From: Planctomycetota bacterium
GTDB taxonomy: Bacteria > Planctomycetota > PLA2 > JAEUHO01
Length of the DNA stretch: 64,000 nt
Assembly: GCA_965223505.1 (NCBI GenBank)
Contig: CBDCWP010000021.1
Span: forward strand, 416,001 to 480,000
Direction of reading: 5' to 3'
This document shows, piece by piece, positions 8,212 to 17,631 of this stretch. The position numbers and the translations under genes are program-made. Under the pieces are notes generated by a model. That model had not been told where the DNA came from. It saw only the letters and a list, made by a program, of their open reading frames with translations, and did no database searches. Numbering within the stretch: the stretch's first letter is position 1; each line of letters starts with the position of its first letter.

Positions 8212-11133
8212 ATGTGGAAGCGATTGGCGCTCCTCGCAGTGCTCATCTCCGTGGGGACACCGGCCCTCGCACGGCCGGACTCGCAGGAGCTCCTGAAGCG
8301 ATTGCTCGAAGCCCATGAGAGCGGCGACGTCGAAACCATGCAGCGGATCGTGCGGGATCCCCGCTTCGATGCGTGGCTCCTCGTCGAAGGGCTCTACGAG
8401 CGCGGCCACGCCGAGGCTGCGACCGCGTGTGCGCAGGCGACGGGCTGGCCCAAGTTGGTCGCGTACGCCAAGTGGCGCGCGGAGCATCCGCCGTTGCGCG
8501 AGGTGATCGAGGCGTTGAACGCGGTCGCCGAGCCGGACGCCGACCGCAAGGCCTGGTTGGACAAGTACCAGTCCCTTTCCGAACAGGAAGGGCAGGGCAT
8601 CCGGTTCTTCCGCTTCCTGGGCCGGGTCGGGCAGTCGCTCCACATCCTCGAGCGCTTCGACGAAGCCATCCCCATGTACGAGCGGGCGGCACGGGGCGCC
8701 CTCGATCTCGGTTGGCATGCGAGCGCAATCCGGATGTACGGGTTCGCGGGCAATGCAAGCCGCACCGCGAAGCGCTACGACGACTTCGAGCGATTGACGG
8801 CCCTGCGCGTCGAGCTGGCCGCGGACTCCGGACAGCACGCCCTGCACTTCCAGGTGCTGCGCCAGTCTTCCTATGAGTACAAGCGCATGGGACGTCCGCG
8901 CGACGCCCGCGCGTACTCGAGTGAAGCGGTGAAGATCGCCAAGTCGCCGTCCGAGTTGCGTGCCGCGCTGCGCGACCTCGCCTTCGTGGAGATCGATCTG
9001 GGCGAGACCCACGCCGCGGTCCGTTCGTTGACCCGGCTCCGCGAGCTCGAGGTGCAGGCCGATCGCCCGCTGAACGTCGCGCAGTGCGATCTGCAGCTCG
9101 CGATCGCCGAGGCCATGCTCGGGCGCTTCGAGCACGTGCTCGGCCGCGTCGCGAGTGCGATCGCCTACTTCGAGGAGCATGGAGACGACAAGAGCCGCTA
9201 CCTCGCGCACATCTCCGCCGGCAAGGCACACCTGATCATGCGCGACAGCAATCGCGCGTTGCATCACGTCGAAGAGGCGCGCAAGGCGATCGGCGGGGCG
9301 CGCGCCATGCAGGACCTCTCGCTCGAGGCCAGCGCGTTGTCCTACCTGGGCCGCATCGAGGAAGCCATTCCGGTCTTCGAGACGACGCTGCGGCTGAAGC
9401 GTTCGGCCAGGCCGGAGCACCGGGTGGCGGCGTACATCAATCTCGCCAACCTGCTTTCCTTCGTCAAACGGCCGCAGGAAGCGGAGTCGTATCTCGCCGA
9501 GGCGCGCAAGCTGCTGCCGGAGGTGAACGACCAGTCTGTCCATGCGCACGCCTACGCCGCCGAGAGCCTGGTGTTCGCCGAGAGCGGGCAGTGGGACCGC
9601 GCGATCGAAGCCGCCACGAAGGCGAGCGGGATCAACGGCGAGATGCTCAACCGGGAGCTCGGTGCCGCGAACGAAGTCATGCTGGCGCGCTGCTGGCTCG
9701 AGAAGGGCGATCCCAAACGGGCGATGGTCCACGCGTCGAACGCGCTGAAGTTCGTGCTCGAGCGATCGGCGGCGCTGCCGGCGCGGCTCGGAGCGCAGTA
9801 CCGATCGTCCCTCCGTAGCGCATTCCAGTACGCGGTGCTCGCGGCGGTTCGCGCGAACAACGAAGCCGACGTGTTCCAATTCGCCGAGCAGGCGGCCGCG
9901 GTCGCGCTTCGCAACCGTCTGGGGGCGCAAGAGGTCGTGCTGTACGCCTTCTCGGACGAGCTGCGAGAACGCGAGCTCGAGTTGCAGGAAGCCGAGACGC
10001 ACGCCATGGCGGCGCTGCGCGCGTCGCTGCAGACGCGCGACGCGACTACCCGCCGAAGCTCACTCGCCGCGGTCGGCAAGGTGCGCGAACAGCTGGACCG
10101 GCATCGTGAGCGGGTGCGCGCGGAGCAGGTCGCCGCCGGCCAGGTCGTCGATCCGGAGGTGGACGACCTCGCTTCGACGCAGGCTCGGCTCGGCAAGGAC
10201 GAAGCTCTCCTCATGTTCGTGCAGGGCGTGCACGAGATCTACGCGTACCGCGTCACGAAGACGGACGCGCAAACGGTTCGTCTCGGCTCCCGCGACGAGA
10301 TCCAAGCCCTGCTCGACGGCCTCGTGCTGGAAGATCCTCATGCGCCGGCGAAAGACATGGTGAGCGAGCTGCGCGAGAAGATCGCGAAGCCGCTCGGTCT
10401 CCCCTCCGTCGTCAAGCGTCTCGTGATCGTGCCGACCGGACGGGTCGCGCACTTGCCTTTCTCCGCGATCTGGCCCGCGCGTTCGATCCGTCTCGCCTCG
10501 TCCGCGACGATCGATCGGCTGCTCAAGACGCGCGACCCCAAGCCCGGCAAGGGCGTGCTCGCGATCGGCGACCCCGAAGGCGCCGACGGACGTCGCTTGC
10601 CGGGCGCGCGTGAAGAAGCGAAGGCGATCGGCGACGAGGTGCTGCTGGGCGCGGATGCGACCGAGGAGCGCCTGGAGAAGGCAATCGCGAGCCGCGAGCG
10701 CTGGCACGCGGTGCACATCGCCTGTCACGCGTTGATCGATCCGAACCACCCCCTTCGTTCCGCCCTGTCGCTCTCGCCCGCGGACAAACGCGACGGCCTT
10801 TGGACCGTGTCGGAGATCCTGCAGGCGTCGGTCTCGACGGATCTCGTCGCGCTCGGCGCGTGCTCGACGGGTCGCGGCAAGACGTTCGACCAGGAAGGCG
10901 CGCTGGGCTTCGTGCAGGCCTTCTTCGTCGCCGGTGCGAAGCGCGTGTTGGTGAGCCTGTGGGACGTGGACGACAAGGCGACGTCGGCTTTGCTCCAGCA
11001 GTTCCACGCGGAGTGGAAGCCGGGCGTGTCTCCGGCGCGTGCGCTCGCAACGGCGCAAGCGAAGATTCGCGAACAGCCGCGCTGGCGTCATCCGGCGTAC
11101 TGGGCGGCCTGGCAGCTGTGGGGGCCCGAGTAG
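8212..11133 (+). CDS. TPR-repeat plus CHAT (caspase-like) domain protein with signal peptide
   Basis: Signal-like MWKRLALLAVLISVGTPALA; TPR repeats; CHAT motifs LVIVPTG, HIACHA, ALGACSTG, SLWDVDD, HPAYWAAW. Confidence 0.9.
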   Translation: MWKRLALLAVLISVGTPALARPDSQELLKRLLEAHESGDVETMQRIVRDPRFDAWLLVEGLYERGHAEAATACAQATGWPKLVAYAKWRAEHPPLREVIEALNAVAEPDADRKAWLDKYQSLSEQEGQGIRFFRFLGRVGQSLHILERFDEAIPMYERAARGALDLGWHASAIRMYGFAGNASRTAKRYDDFERLTALRVELAADSGQHALHFQVLRQSSYEYKRMGRPRDARAYSSEAVKIAKSPSELRAALRDLAFVEIDLGETHAAVRSLTRLRELEVQADRPLNVAQCDLQLAIAEAMLGRFEHVLGRVASAIAYFEEHGDDKSRYLAHISAGKAHLIMRDSNRALHHVEEARKAIGGARAMQDLSLEASALSYLGRIEEAIPVFETTLRLKRSARPEHRVAAYINLANLLSFVKRPQEAESYLAEARKLLPEVNDQSVHAHAYAAESLVFAESGQWDRAIEAATKASGINGEMLNRELGAANEVMLARCWLEKGDPKRAMVHASNALKFVLERSAALPARLGAQYRSSLRSAFQYAVLAAVRANNEADVFQFAEQAAAVALRNRLGAQEVVLYAFSDELRERELELQEAETHAMAALRASLQTRDATTRRSSLAAVGKVREQLDRHRERVRAEQVAAGQVVDPEVDDLASTQARLGKDEALLMFVQGVHEIYAYRVTKTDAQTVRLGSRDEIQALLDGLVLEDPHAPAKDMVSELREKIAKPLGLPSVVKRLVIVPTGRVAHLPFSAIWPARSIRLASSATIDRLLKTRDPKPGKGVLAIGDPEGADGRRLPGAREEAKAIGDEVLLGADATEERLEKAIASRERWHAVHIACHALIDPNHPLRSALSLSPADKRDGLWTVSEILQASVSTDLVALGACSTGRGKTFDQEGALGFVQAFFVAGAKRVLVSLWDVDDKATSALLQQFHAEWKPGVSPARALATAQAKIREQPRWRHPAYWAAWQLWGPE

Positions 11134-11256
11134 GCTCCGCGCGCGTGCCGCCCGGCAGCGTTCCGGTGCTTGTGTCCCGGTTACGACAACGCATTCCCTC
11201 GGTGGCAAACGACCGGCGACGACGTTGACAGCAATACGATTGGACGGACTGCTCTC

Positions 11257-11874
11257 ATGCGCACCTCGAACCTCTGTCTCCTGGGTTTTCTCATCGTCCT
11301 TGCCGGCTGCGGTGACGCGCCGAAGCCGACCGCAGCCGGCCCGGCAGGCCGAGGCATCCGTCCGGCATCCCTGGCCGAACGCGTCGCGGCATCGATGACG
11401 GAGGCCTTGCAGCAGACCCTGGAAGCGCGTGCGGATGCACGCATGCTCGCGGCGATGAGCGCGGCGGAGGAGGTCGAGATCCTCGCACTGCACCCGTGGT
11501 CCGTGGAGGAGCTCTCGGAGTCCGATGAGGAAGAGGAGCGGGAGATGGCCAAGCGGGAGTCGTTTCACGGCTATCCGATCCTCGGGCGCAAGACGCTCTC
11601 CGATCCGGCGGATCGCGAGCGCATCGTGACGCTCGTGGCCGAGGGCATCGCGCGCAGCGATGAGGAGGTCGCCGAGTGCTTCTATCCGCGCCACGGTTTG
11701 CGCATCCGAGGCGCCGGTCATTCGATCGACCTCGTGATCTGCTACGAGTGCATCCAGATGCACGTCCACGGGTTGCCGGCCGAGGCGAGGAGTAACGCCA
11801 ACACGACGGACGCTGTCGAGCCGCGCGTCTCCGCCTTCTTCCGCGAGCACGGCCTCGAGATCAGCGAGAACTGA
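11257..11874 (+). CDS. lipoprotein, hypothetical
   Basis: Lipobox LAGC after a hydrophobic stretch; CFYPRHG and ICYEC motifs. Confidence 0.75.
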   Translation: MRTSNLCLLGFLIVLAGCGDAPKPTAAGPAGRGIRPASLAERVAASMTEALQQTLEARADARMLAAMSAAEEVEILALHPWSVEELSESDEEEEREMAKRESFHGYPILGRKTLSDPADRERIVTLVAEGIARSDEEVAECFYPRHGLRIRGAGHSIDLVICYECIQMHVHGLPAEARSNANTTDAVEPRVSAFFREHGLEISEN

Positions 11875-11924
11875 GCTCTACGAAGGTTCCTCTGCGCGTC
11901 GGTTGTGGAGGTGCTTCCCGTATC

Positions 11925-12051
11925 GACCCCGGCGCGTCGAGGATCCCGCGCGTGAGCTGGTAGTGGCTCGTGTCCTCGAGGCCGATGTCGGGCAGCTGCG
12001 GATCGTCGAAGTTCGCGATCTGAGCGCCGGGACCGTCATCAGGACGGGCGA
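11925..12051 (-). pseudogene. remnant of the C-terminus of an ABC/AAA-type predicted ATPase
   Basis: Minus-strand translation with one frameshift gives SPVLMT-x-PGAQIANFDDPQLPDIGLEDTSHYQLTRGILDAPG, resembling the THSPILMAYPGA...EDTxHY tail of COG3910-like ATPases. No start or N-terminal part. Confidence 0.5.
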
Positions 12052-12073
12052 GAAGGAACCACAGAGCCGAACC

Positions 12074-15031
12074 CTATTCCTCCACGAACCGGTTCACGCC
12101 CTGGATGCCCATGCGGCCGCCCGGAACGTCGAGCTTCAATCGCGCGCCGGCGCGCCAGAGCTCGATCGCGACGGCGTCGATCGGGTCGGTGTCCTGAATC
12201 GCCGTGACCAGATCCACGACATTGCGTACCCGCGCACCCCTGTAGACGAGCAGGACGTCGCCGACCCGGACGCCGGCTTCCTTCGCCCGGCTCGTCGGCG
12301 CGAAGCCCACCACCTCGACGCCGTTCGACGGATGGAGCTTCACCGTCTGCTCCGCCTTCCTCGCGTCCGGCGTGATCTCGACCGTCAGCGCCTTCGCCAC
12401 GTAGCCCGGCGCTCGCAGCACGTACTCGTGCGTTCCGATCGCGAGATCGCGGTCGTCGACCACCGACCCCTGCGCCAGGCCGCCGCCGCTCATCTCGCGC
12501 GAACGGTACGCATACGAAGCGTCGGGAACGGGCTTGCTCGTCAGCGCGTCGACGATGCGAAACACGGCTTGCCCGTCACGTGGGTCCGAGACGATCCGGA
12601 TCTCGATCGGCCCCTCGACCTCGGCGGGGTTGATCCGTGGCGCGTCGTGCACGCGGTAGTCGCTGAACGCGCTCACGATCTCATAGACGCGTGCCTGCGG
12701 CAGCGGGAGCTCGAAGCTGCCGTCGTCCTTCAGGCGTGTGGAGACGCGGAACCCCGCGCCCTCGACCGGCCGAGCAAGCAAGGACGGATTGCCGAGCGAC
12801 GACGCCCCCTCGTCCGTCTTCTTCCACTCCGTCGTGCCGCGCAGCGGGTAGGCGAGGTCGATGTCGAAGCGCCGCACCTTGCCCTCCTCGCACTCGAAGG
12901 CGCGTTGGAGGAACACCTGCGGATGGTCGCTGGAGATGCCGATCCCGTGCGCTCCGGGCTCGAGACCGTCGAACCGGAACGCGCCGTTCTCATCGGTGGC
13001 GATCTGCACGCGGCGCCGCCGGGGCGTGTCGAGACTGACCCACGCGCCGCCGATCGGTTCACCGTTCACCCGAAGCACGCCCGCAACCGCCGTCTGGTCG
13101 GGGCCGCCCAGCGTGATCTCCCGCGTCTCGCCGGGAGCGAGCGTCACGGGAAGCACGGATACGATCGACAACGTGCGCGCGTTCAGCACGACCAGCTCGA
13201 TGGGTTCGCCCGCCGGTACGTTCGTCGCGGAGGCACGACCGCCGGCGTCCAACGTCGCGCGGTCGATCAGGATGCGGTCGCTGTCGCGCCGAATGATCAG
13301 CGTGCTCCCGGCGGCGGGTCGGCCGTCGGGACGCAGGACCGTCACCGTCAGCTGCGCCGAACGCGCCATGCGCACGTCAATGCGCGTTCCGTTCGCGTGT
13401 CCGGACAGGCTCAGTCCCTGCGACCCGTAACCGGGCTTCGAGATGCGCAGGTCGGTGCTGAGCAGGCGTCCCTTCGCGATCGCGACGGGCACCACGTACA
13501 CGCCCTGTCGACCGCGGGCGTCGACCTCGACGGGCCACGGGTAGGACCGTCCATTGACTTCGGTCTGCCCCACGATCCTGACGTCCTCCAGCAGCTGTTC
13601 GGTCTCCGCGTCCACGACGCCGAGCTCGAGCTCGCCGACCTCGGGTAGCTCGACGTCGCCGATGTTCGTCGTCTTGCCGGGAGCGACGTCGATGCCGCGC
13701 TGGTCGTAGTACGCCGCGCCGTTCGCCTCGAAGAGCGGCGGATGACCGTCTGCCTGGAACAGCAGCACGTGCGCACCCGGTTCGAGCGGGCCGATCCGGA
13801 AGGCGCCGTCCGCATCGTCCACGTCGGCCACGCGATCGACGGTGAGTTCCTCCGGCAATACCGCGCCCGCGGACGCCACGCTCTGGTCGACGGTCTCGCC
13901 CGGGGGGAAGAGTCGGCCCACCGCAAGGACGCGGTAGCGGCGCATCGGTGCGCCGCCGGCGTCGATCAAGCGGCCCTCGATGAAGCCACCCTCGAGGCGA
14001 ATGAGCGTGATCGGCTCCGCGGAAGGCCGCGCGGCTCGAACGACGTTGCGCGCGTGCTCCGGATGTTCGACGACCAGATGGAACGCGCCGGTCCGATCAC
14101 GCGAGTTCGTCAGATCGAACCGGCCGTCCGCGTCCGTCTCGGCGGTAATCGATCGAAGCTGCTGGAAGTCGAACGCGATGACGCGCGCGCCGGTGACGGG
14201 TTCGCCCGTGACCGGATCCACGACCCGGCCGAAGACGCGCGGCGTGCGATCGATGACGTCGTCGTTCGCCTCCGGCGGAGTCGTTTCGGCGGTCACGAGG
14301 CCCGGCGCTGCGCCGGCTTCGCCATCCGAGACGAGCGCCTTGCCGTCGTCGGCAGGCGTTCGTTGCGCTTCGTCCTCCGAGCGCGCGTCGTCGAACATCC
14401 ACCACACGGCGAGTCCGATCACCAAGGCGACCGCGACGACGACCATCTTCTTGCCCACGAGAAGTCCTCCGAGAGTGAGCCCGCCTTCGCGGATGGGGAG
14501 CATGGGAACGAGCGCGCCCAGCGCGCCGCGCCAGCGCTTGTCGTCACCGCCGTACGTCGAGGCGAGCCGCGCGCGCATCCGCGCGAGGCCGCTCCGGAGT
14601 CGGTTGTGGACGGTGTGCACCGGTACGTCGAGCGCTTCGGCGACCTTGCGCGGAGGAAGACCCTCGTCGTAACGAAGCAGCACGACGTCGCGCTCCGCGT
14701 CGGGCAGGCGGAGAATGGCGTCGATCAGGTTGCGGCGCGTCGCTTCGCGCTCGAGGATGGCCTCGGGCGAACGGTCCTCCGGACTGCGCCGGGCGCGATC
14801 TTCGTGTACCTGCCGTCGCCGTTCTCCGCGCCGGGTGTTGCGCACGACGTTTCGAAGCGTGCGTGACAGCCAGCCGCGCGGACTGCTGACGTCCGGACGC
14901 TTCTGCCACGCGAGGGCGAGCGTTTCCTGGACGGCGTCGTCCGCCAGATCGGGCGAGCGCAGCAGACGAACCGCGAGCCGTCGCAGGAAGTCGGCGTGAA
15001 CCGAGAGGTCTTCGGGGGTCAGGGCAGCCAT
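12074..15031 (-). CDS. ECF sigma factor fused to a TM helix, carboxypeptidase-regulatory-like Ig domains and a C-terminal PDZ domain
   Basis: Sigma region 2 (ADDAVQETL) and region 4 (LPDAERDVVLLRY...TVHNRL); TM VVVAVALVIGLAVWW; repeated GRVVD..G.PV motifs; PDZ SRAKEAGVRVGDVLL. Confidence 0.85.
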   Translation of the reverse strand: MAALTPEDLSVHADFLRRLAVRLLRSPDLADDAVQETLALAWQKRPDVSSPRGWLSRTLRNVVRNTRRGERRRQVHEDRARRSPEDRSPEAILEREATRRNLIDAILRLPDAERDVVLLRYDEGLPPRKVAEALDVPVHTVHNRLRSGLARMRARLASTYGGDDKRWRGALGALVPMLPIREGGLTLGGLLVGKKMVVVAVALVIGLAVWWMFDDARSEDEAQRTPADDGKALVSDGEAGAAPGLVTAETTPPEANDDVIDRTPRVFGRVVDPVTGEPVTGARVIAFDFQQLRSITAETDADGRFDLTNSRDRTGAFHLVVEHPEHARNVVRAARPSAEPITLIRLEGGFIEGRLIDAGGAPMRRYRVLAVGRLFPPGETVDQSVASAGAVLPEELTVDRVADVDDADGAFRIGPLEPGAHVLLFQADGHPPLFEANGAAYYDQRGIDVAPGKTTNIGDVELPEVGELELGVVDAETEQLLEDVRIVGQTEVNGRSYPWPVEVDARGRQGVYVVPVAIAKGRLLSTDLRISKPGYGSQGLSLSGHANGTRIDVRMARSAQLTVTVLRPDGRPAAGSTLIIRRDSDRILIDRATLDAGGRASATNVPAGEPIELVVLNARTLSIVSVLPVTLAPGETREITLGGPDQTAVAGVLRVNGEPIGGAWVSLDTPRRRRVQIATDENGAFRFDGLEPGAHGIGISSDHPQVFLQRAFECEEGKVRRFDIDLAYPLRGTTEWKKTDEGASSLGNPSLLARPVEGAGFRVSTRLKDDGSFELPLPQARVYEIVSAFSDYRVHDAPRINPAEVEGPIEIRIVSDPRDGQAVFRIVDALTSKPVPDASYAYRSREMSGGGLAQGSVVDDRDLAIGTHEYVLRAPGYVAKALTVEITPDARKAEQTVKLHPSNGVEVVGFAPTSRAKEAGVRVGDVLLVYRGARVRNVVDLVTAIQDTDPIDAVAIELWRAGARLKLDVPGGRMGIQGVNRFVEE

Positions 15032-15133
15032 GGAGCGGTGGTCTCCACTCCATTGTGTCCGCTCGGCAAGGATCCTGTTGATCGCCCGCATCCAGGAGGC
15101 TCGCGGGTCGCGCGCTCCCGCGGGCCGAAGCGA

Positions 15134-15739
15134 TCAGTCGCCCGAGGTCGCGTCGAGCAGGCGACGCACGGTCTCGTCCGATAGCAGGCCGCCGAGGCGC
15201 GACCTGGTGCGATCGACGAGCTCGTCGTACGCGTCGCGAAGCGCCTTCCGCTCTGCCGCATCCGCGTTCTCCTTGCCCTCGTAGAGATCGCGTACGGCCT
15301 GCGCGTGGGCGGCCAGGATCGCGGCTGCTTCCTCGCGATCCTCCGACGCGACCTCGTTGTCGATCCGCTCGATCTGCCGTTCGAATCGAGCAAGATCCTG
15401 CGCGCGGGCGTTCTCCTGCGCCCGCTTGCGCGCCTCGAGAATCACGCGCGGCGTCTCGCCTTCCGGCTCCGCCCCGTCGGTCGTGCTCGGGAGAACGCGC
15501 GACTCGACCGCGCGGAGACGCGCTCCCATCCGTTCGAGCTCGAGCGCGGCGTCGGGCCCCTCGAGAGACGGCGTCGGTTCCGCACGCTCGACGGCGCGCA
15601 TGCGGCGGCCCAGCCGCTCGAGGGACTCCCTCGTCTCTGTCCGCGCTGCTCGCAGGTCGGGCGCGACGAAGAGATGGTGGTAGAGCGCGACCAATGCCAC
15701 GGTGGTCACAGCGCTCGCGAACGTGTGTTTGAACGTCAT
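15134..15739 (-). CDS. membrane-anchored coiled-coil protein, hypothetical
   Basis: ATG at 15739 (MTFKHTFASAVTTVALVALY), N-terminal TM followed by charged helical sequence. Confidence 0.65.
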   Translation of the reverse strand: MTFKHTFASAVTTVALVALYHHLFVAPDLRAARTETRESLERLGRRMRAVERAEPTPSLEGPDAALELERMGARLRAVESRVLPSTTDGAEPEGETPRVILEARKRAQENARAQDLARFERQIERIDNEVASEDREEAAAILAAHAQAVRDLYEGKENADAAERKALRDAYDELVDRTRSRLGGLLSDETVRRLLDATSGD

Positions 15740-15786
15740 CGGAGGCTCGGTCCGCACCCGCTGCTCGCGGGCGCCGACGGCGTCGG

Positions 15787-16293
15787 CTACTGCGGTCCGA
15801 CGCTGATGAAGAAGAAGCCGTCGTCCACCGGGTTGCCGGCGGCGTCGTTCACCGTGAACGAGAAGCTCCCGGCGCCGTCGAATCCGTTGGTGTGATAGAC
15901 GGGCGATGCCGAGTTGGCGTGATCGACGACGAACGACGGACGGCCACCGAAGGGCTGGGTGTACGTCACGGTGTAGCTCCCGACGCCGTTGCGCGTCGCG
16001 GTGAACCCGTCTCCGTGGGAGACGACCCCGGTGGAGGTCACGCCGCCCCATACGACGCGCAGATCCGTGCCGGAATCCCGTACGTAGCGCGCGTCGTGGT
16101 CGTGCGCGTTGCCCGTGTCCGCGATGTGCGCTTCGAGCGCGGCGGTATTGGTGGCCTGTTGCGCCTCGAGCGCCGCGACACGGCTGCCCAGGTCGGTGCC
16201 GGTGCGCGTGCGTGCCTGGACGAACGAGGGCACGATCAGCACCCCCACGACGGCGGCTACGAACAAGATGAGAGAAGTGCGTTTGCGTGTCAT
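15787..16293 (-). CDS. secreted protein with short coiled coil and tail-fibre/H-type-lectin-like beta domain
   Basis: Signal peptide MTRKRTSLILFVAAVVGVL; HDHDARY; GVGSYTVTY..PF; C-terminal FFFISVG. Confidence 0.6.
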   Translation of the reverse strand: MTRKRTSLILFVAAVVGVLIVPSFVQARTRTGTDLGSRVAALEAQQATNTAALEAHIADTGNAHDHDARYVRDSGTDLRVVWGGVTSTGVVSHGDGFTATRNGVGSYTVTYTQPFGGRPSFVVDHANSASPVYHTNGFDGAGSFSFTVNDAAGNPVDDGFFFISVGPQ

Positions 16294-16473
16294 CGAATCC
16301 CTCCTTCCCGATGGAGTCTGTGTGCCGTAGATCATGTCGAATGCGCGGTTCGCTGCGCAATCAGAATGTGCCTCCAGCGATCGAATAGGGCAGTTTCAGG
16401 GCATCTTGAGGCCGTTACGTGTCAAGTCGTGGCCCCGCCGGACGGGCGATGCCCCGTGCGGTACGCTCTCGCG

Positions 16474-17613
16474 ATGCGCAGAACCCTCTCGATTTGGCTC
16501 CTGCTTCTCGCTGCATTCGGCAACGTTCACGGGAACCCGGACGAGAACGCTCCCGTCCTTCGACCGTTGCCGCTCGTCGAGGGCGTGCGAGACGTGTTGA
16601 ATCGCAAAGGCGACCTTGCGGCGCTGAAGAAGACCGACGAGTACCGCCGCGCCAAGCACGTCGGTCTGGACCTGGCCGACTACGACGGCGATCCCGTCGT
16701 CGCGCACGGGATGCGCGATGGAACACTGTTCTACGTCTTCTACAAGAAGATCGAGCGCGCCTACGCACGGCGTGTTTGGGTCGTGCAGCGCATCAAACGC
16801 ACCGAGCGCAACTGGCGGAAGGGCGTCGACGAGCCGGAGACGAAGGTCACCTACCAGGTCGAGGCGTTCAAGCTCTTCAGCGGTGAGCAGAAGCGCGGTG
16901 ACCAGCATCACGGCGGCTACGGGATCAAGGACTTCGTTCGACGGGAGATCGTCAAGGAGTACGAGATCGGGTTCGCCGACATTCCGGGGCTCGCGGAAGG
17001 CGATCCGTGGCCCTGGAAGAAATCGACGCTGTTCGAGTACATCGCCCGCTACGGCCGAAGTGACGAGGTCTATCGAAAGGTCTCGTTCCACCGCTCGGTG
17101 ACGTGGTCGCTGACGGTCACGCTCGACGCGGCCGGCAATTATCGCGTCTTGGCGCCCGAGCTGGGAATCGACGTGCCCGTGAAACGCACGGACCCCGCCC
17201 GCACGTTGCCCGAGCCCCTGACCGTCGGAGCGTCGCTGGTGCTCGTTCGCGGCGTCGGGCTCGAAGGCACGCGCGCGGACGAGGGCTGGTTCGACGACTA
17301 CGTCGAGCGGGCGGGCAAGGTGCTGCAGGAGGAGCGCTTCGCGTCGGGCCACTCGAACACGATTCTCGCCGCCGGGTTGATGGCGAACCGGCGCAAGGAC
17401 GGCTCGCTCAACACGCTGCAGACCCGGGCGGGCTTCGCCGGCCGCACCAAGGAAGGGATCGCCGTCGGTTCGCCGCGTTGGGCGGTGCTCAAGGCCTACG
17501 GCCAGCCGAAGGACGCGAAGGTCGGCGCGGCATGGTGGCACTACGGCGACATCGGGTTCTGGTTCGACGGATTGGACCGTGTGGGGCGCTTCTACGTTCG
17601 GGCGAAACGCTAG
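16474..17613 (+). CDS. secreted hypothetical protein
   Basis: Signal peptide MRRTLSIWLLLLAAFGNVHG; coding-like codon usage; GRTKEGIAVGSP...AYG C-terminal domain. Confidence 0.75.
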   Translation: MRRTLSIWLLLLAAFGNVHGNPDENAPVLRPLPLVEGVRDVLNRKGDLAALKKTDEYRRAKHVGLDLADYDGDPVVAHGMRDGTLFYVFYKKIERAYARRVWVVQRIKRTERNWRKGVDEPETKVTYQVEAFKLFSGEQKRGDQHHGGYGIKDFVRREIVKEYEIGFADIPGLAEGDPWPWKKSTLFEYIARYGRSDEVYRKVSFHRSVTWSLTVTLDAAGNYRVLAPELGIDVPVKRTDPARTLPEPLTVGASLVLVRGVGLEGTRADEGWFDDYVERAGKVLQEERFASGHSNTILAAGLMANRRKDGSLNTLQTRAGFAGRTKEGIAVGSPRWAVLKAYGQPKDAKVGAAWWHYGDIGFWFDGLDRVGRFYVRAKR

Positions 17614-17631
17614 GTCCTCTATCGCCGGTTC

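Noticed and set aside
15032..15136. TGA of the 15134 gene is in frame with the downstream ECF sigma ORF (possible read-through fusion)
   Set aside because: No redox or Cys context, the spacer translation looks non-coding, and the sigma has its own start. A one-in-three coincidence.
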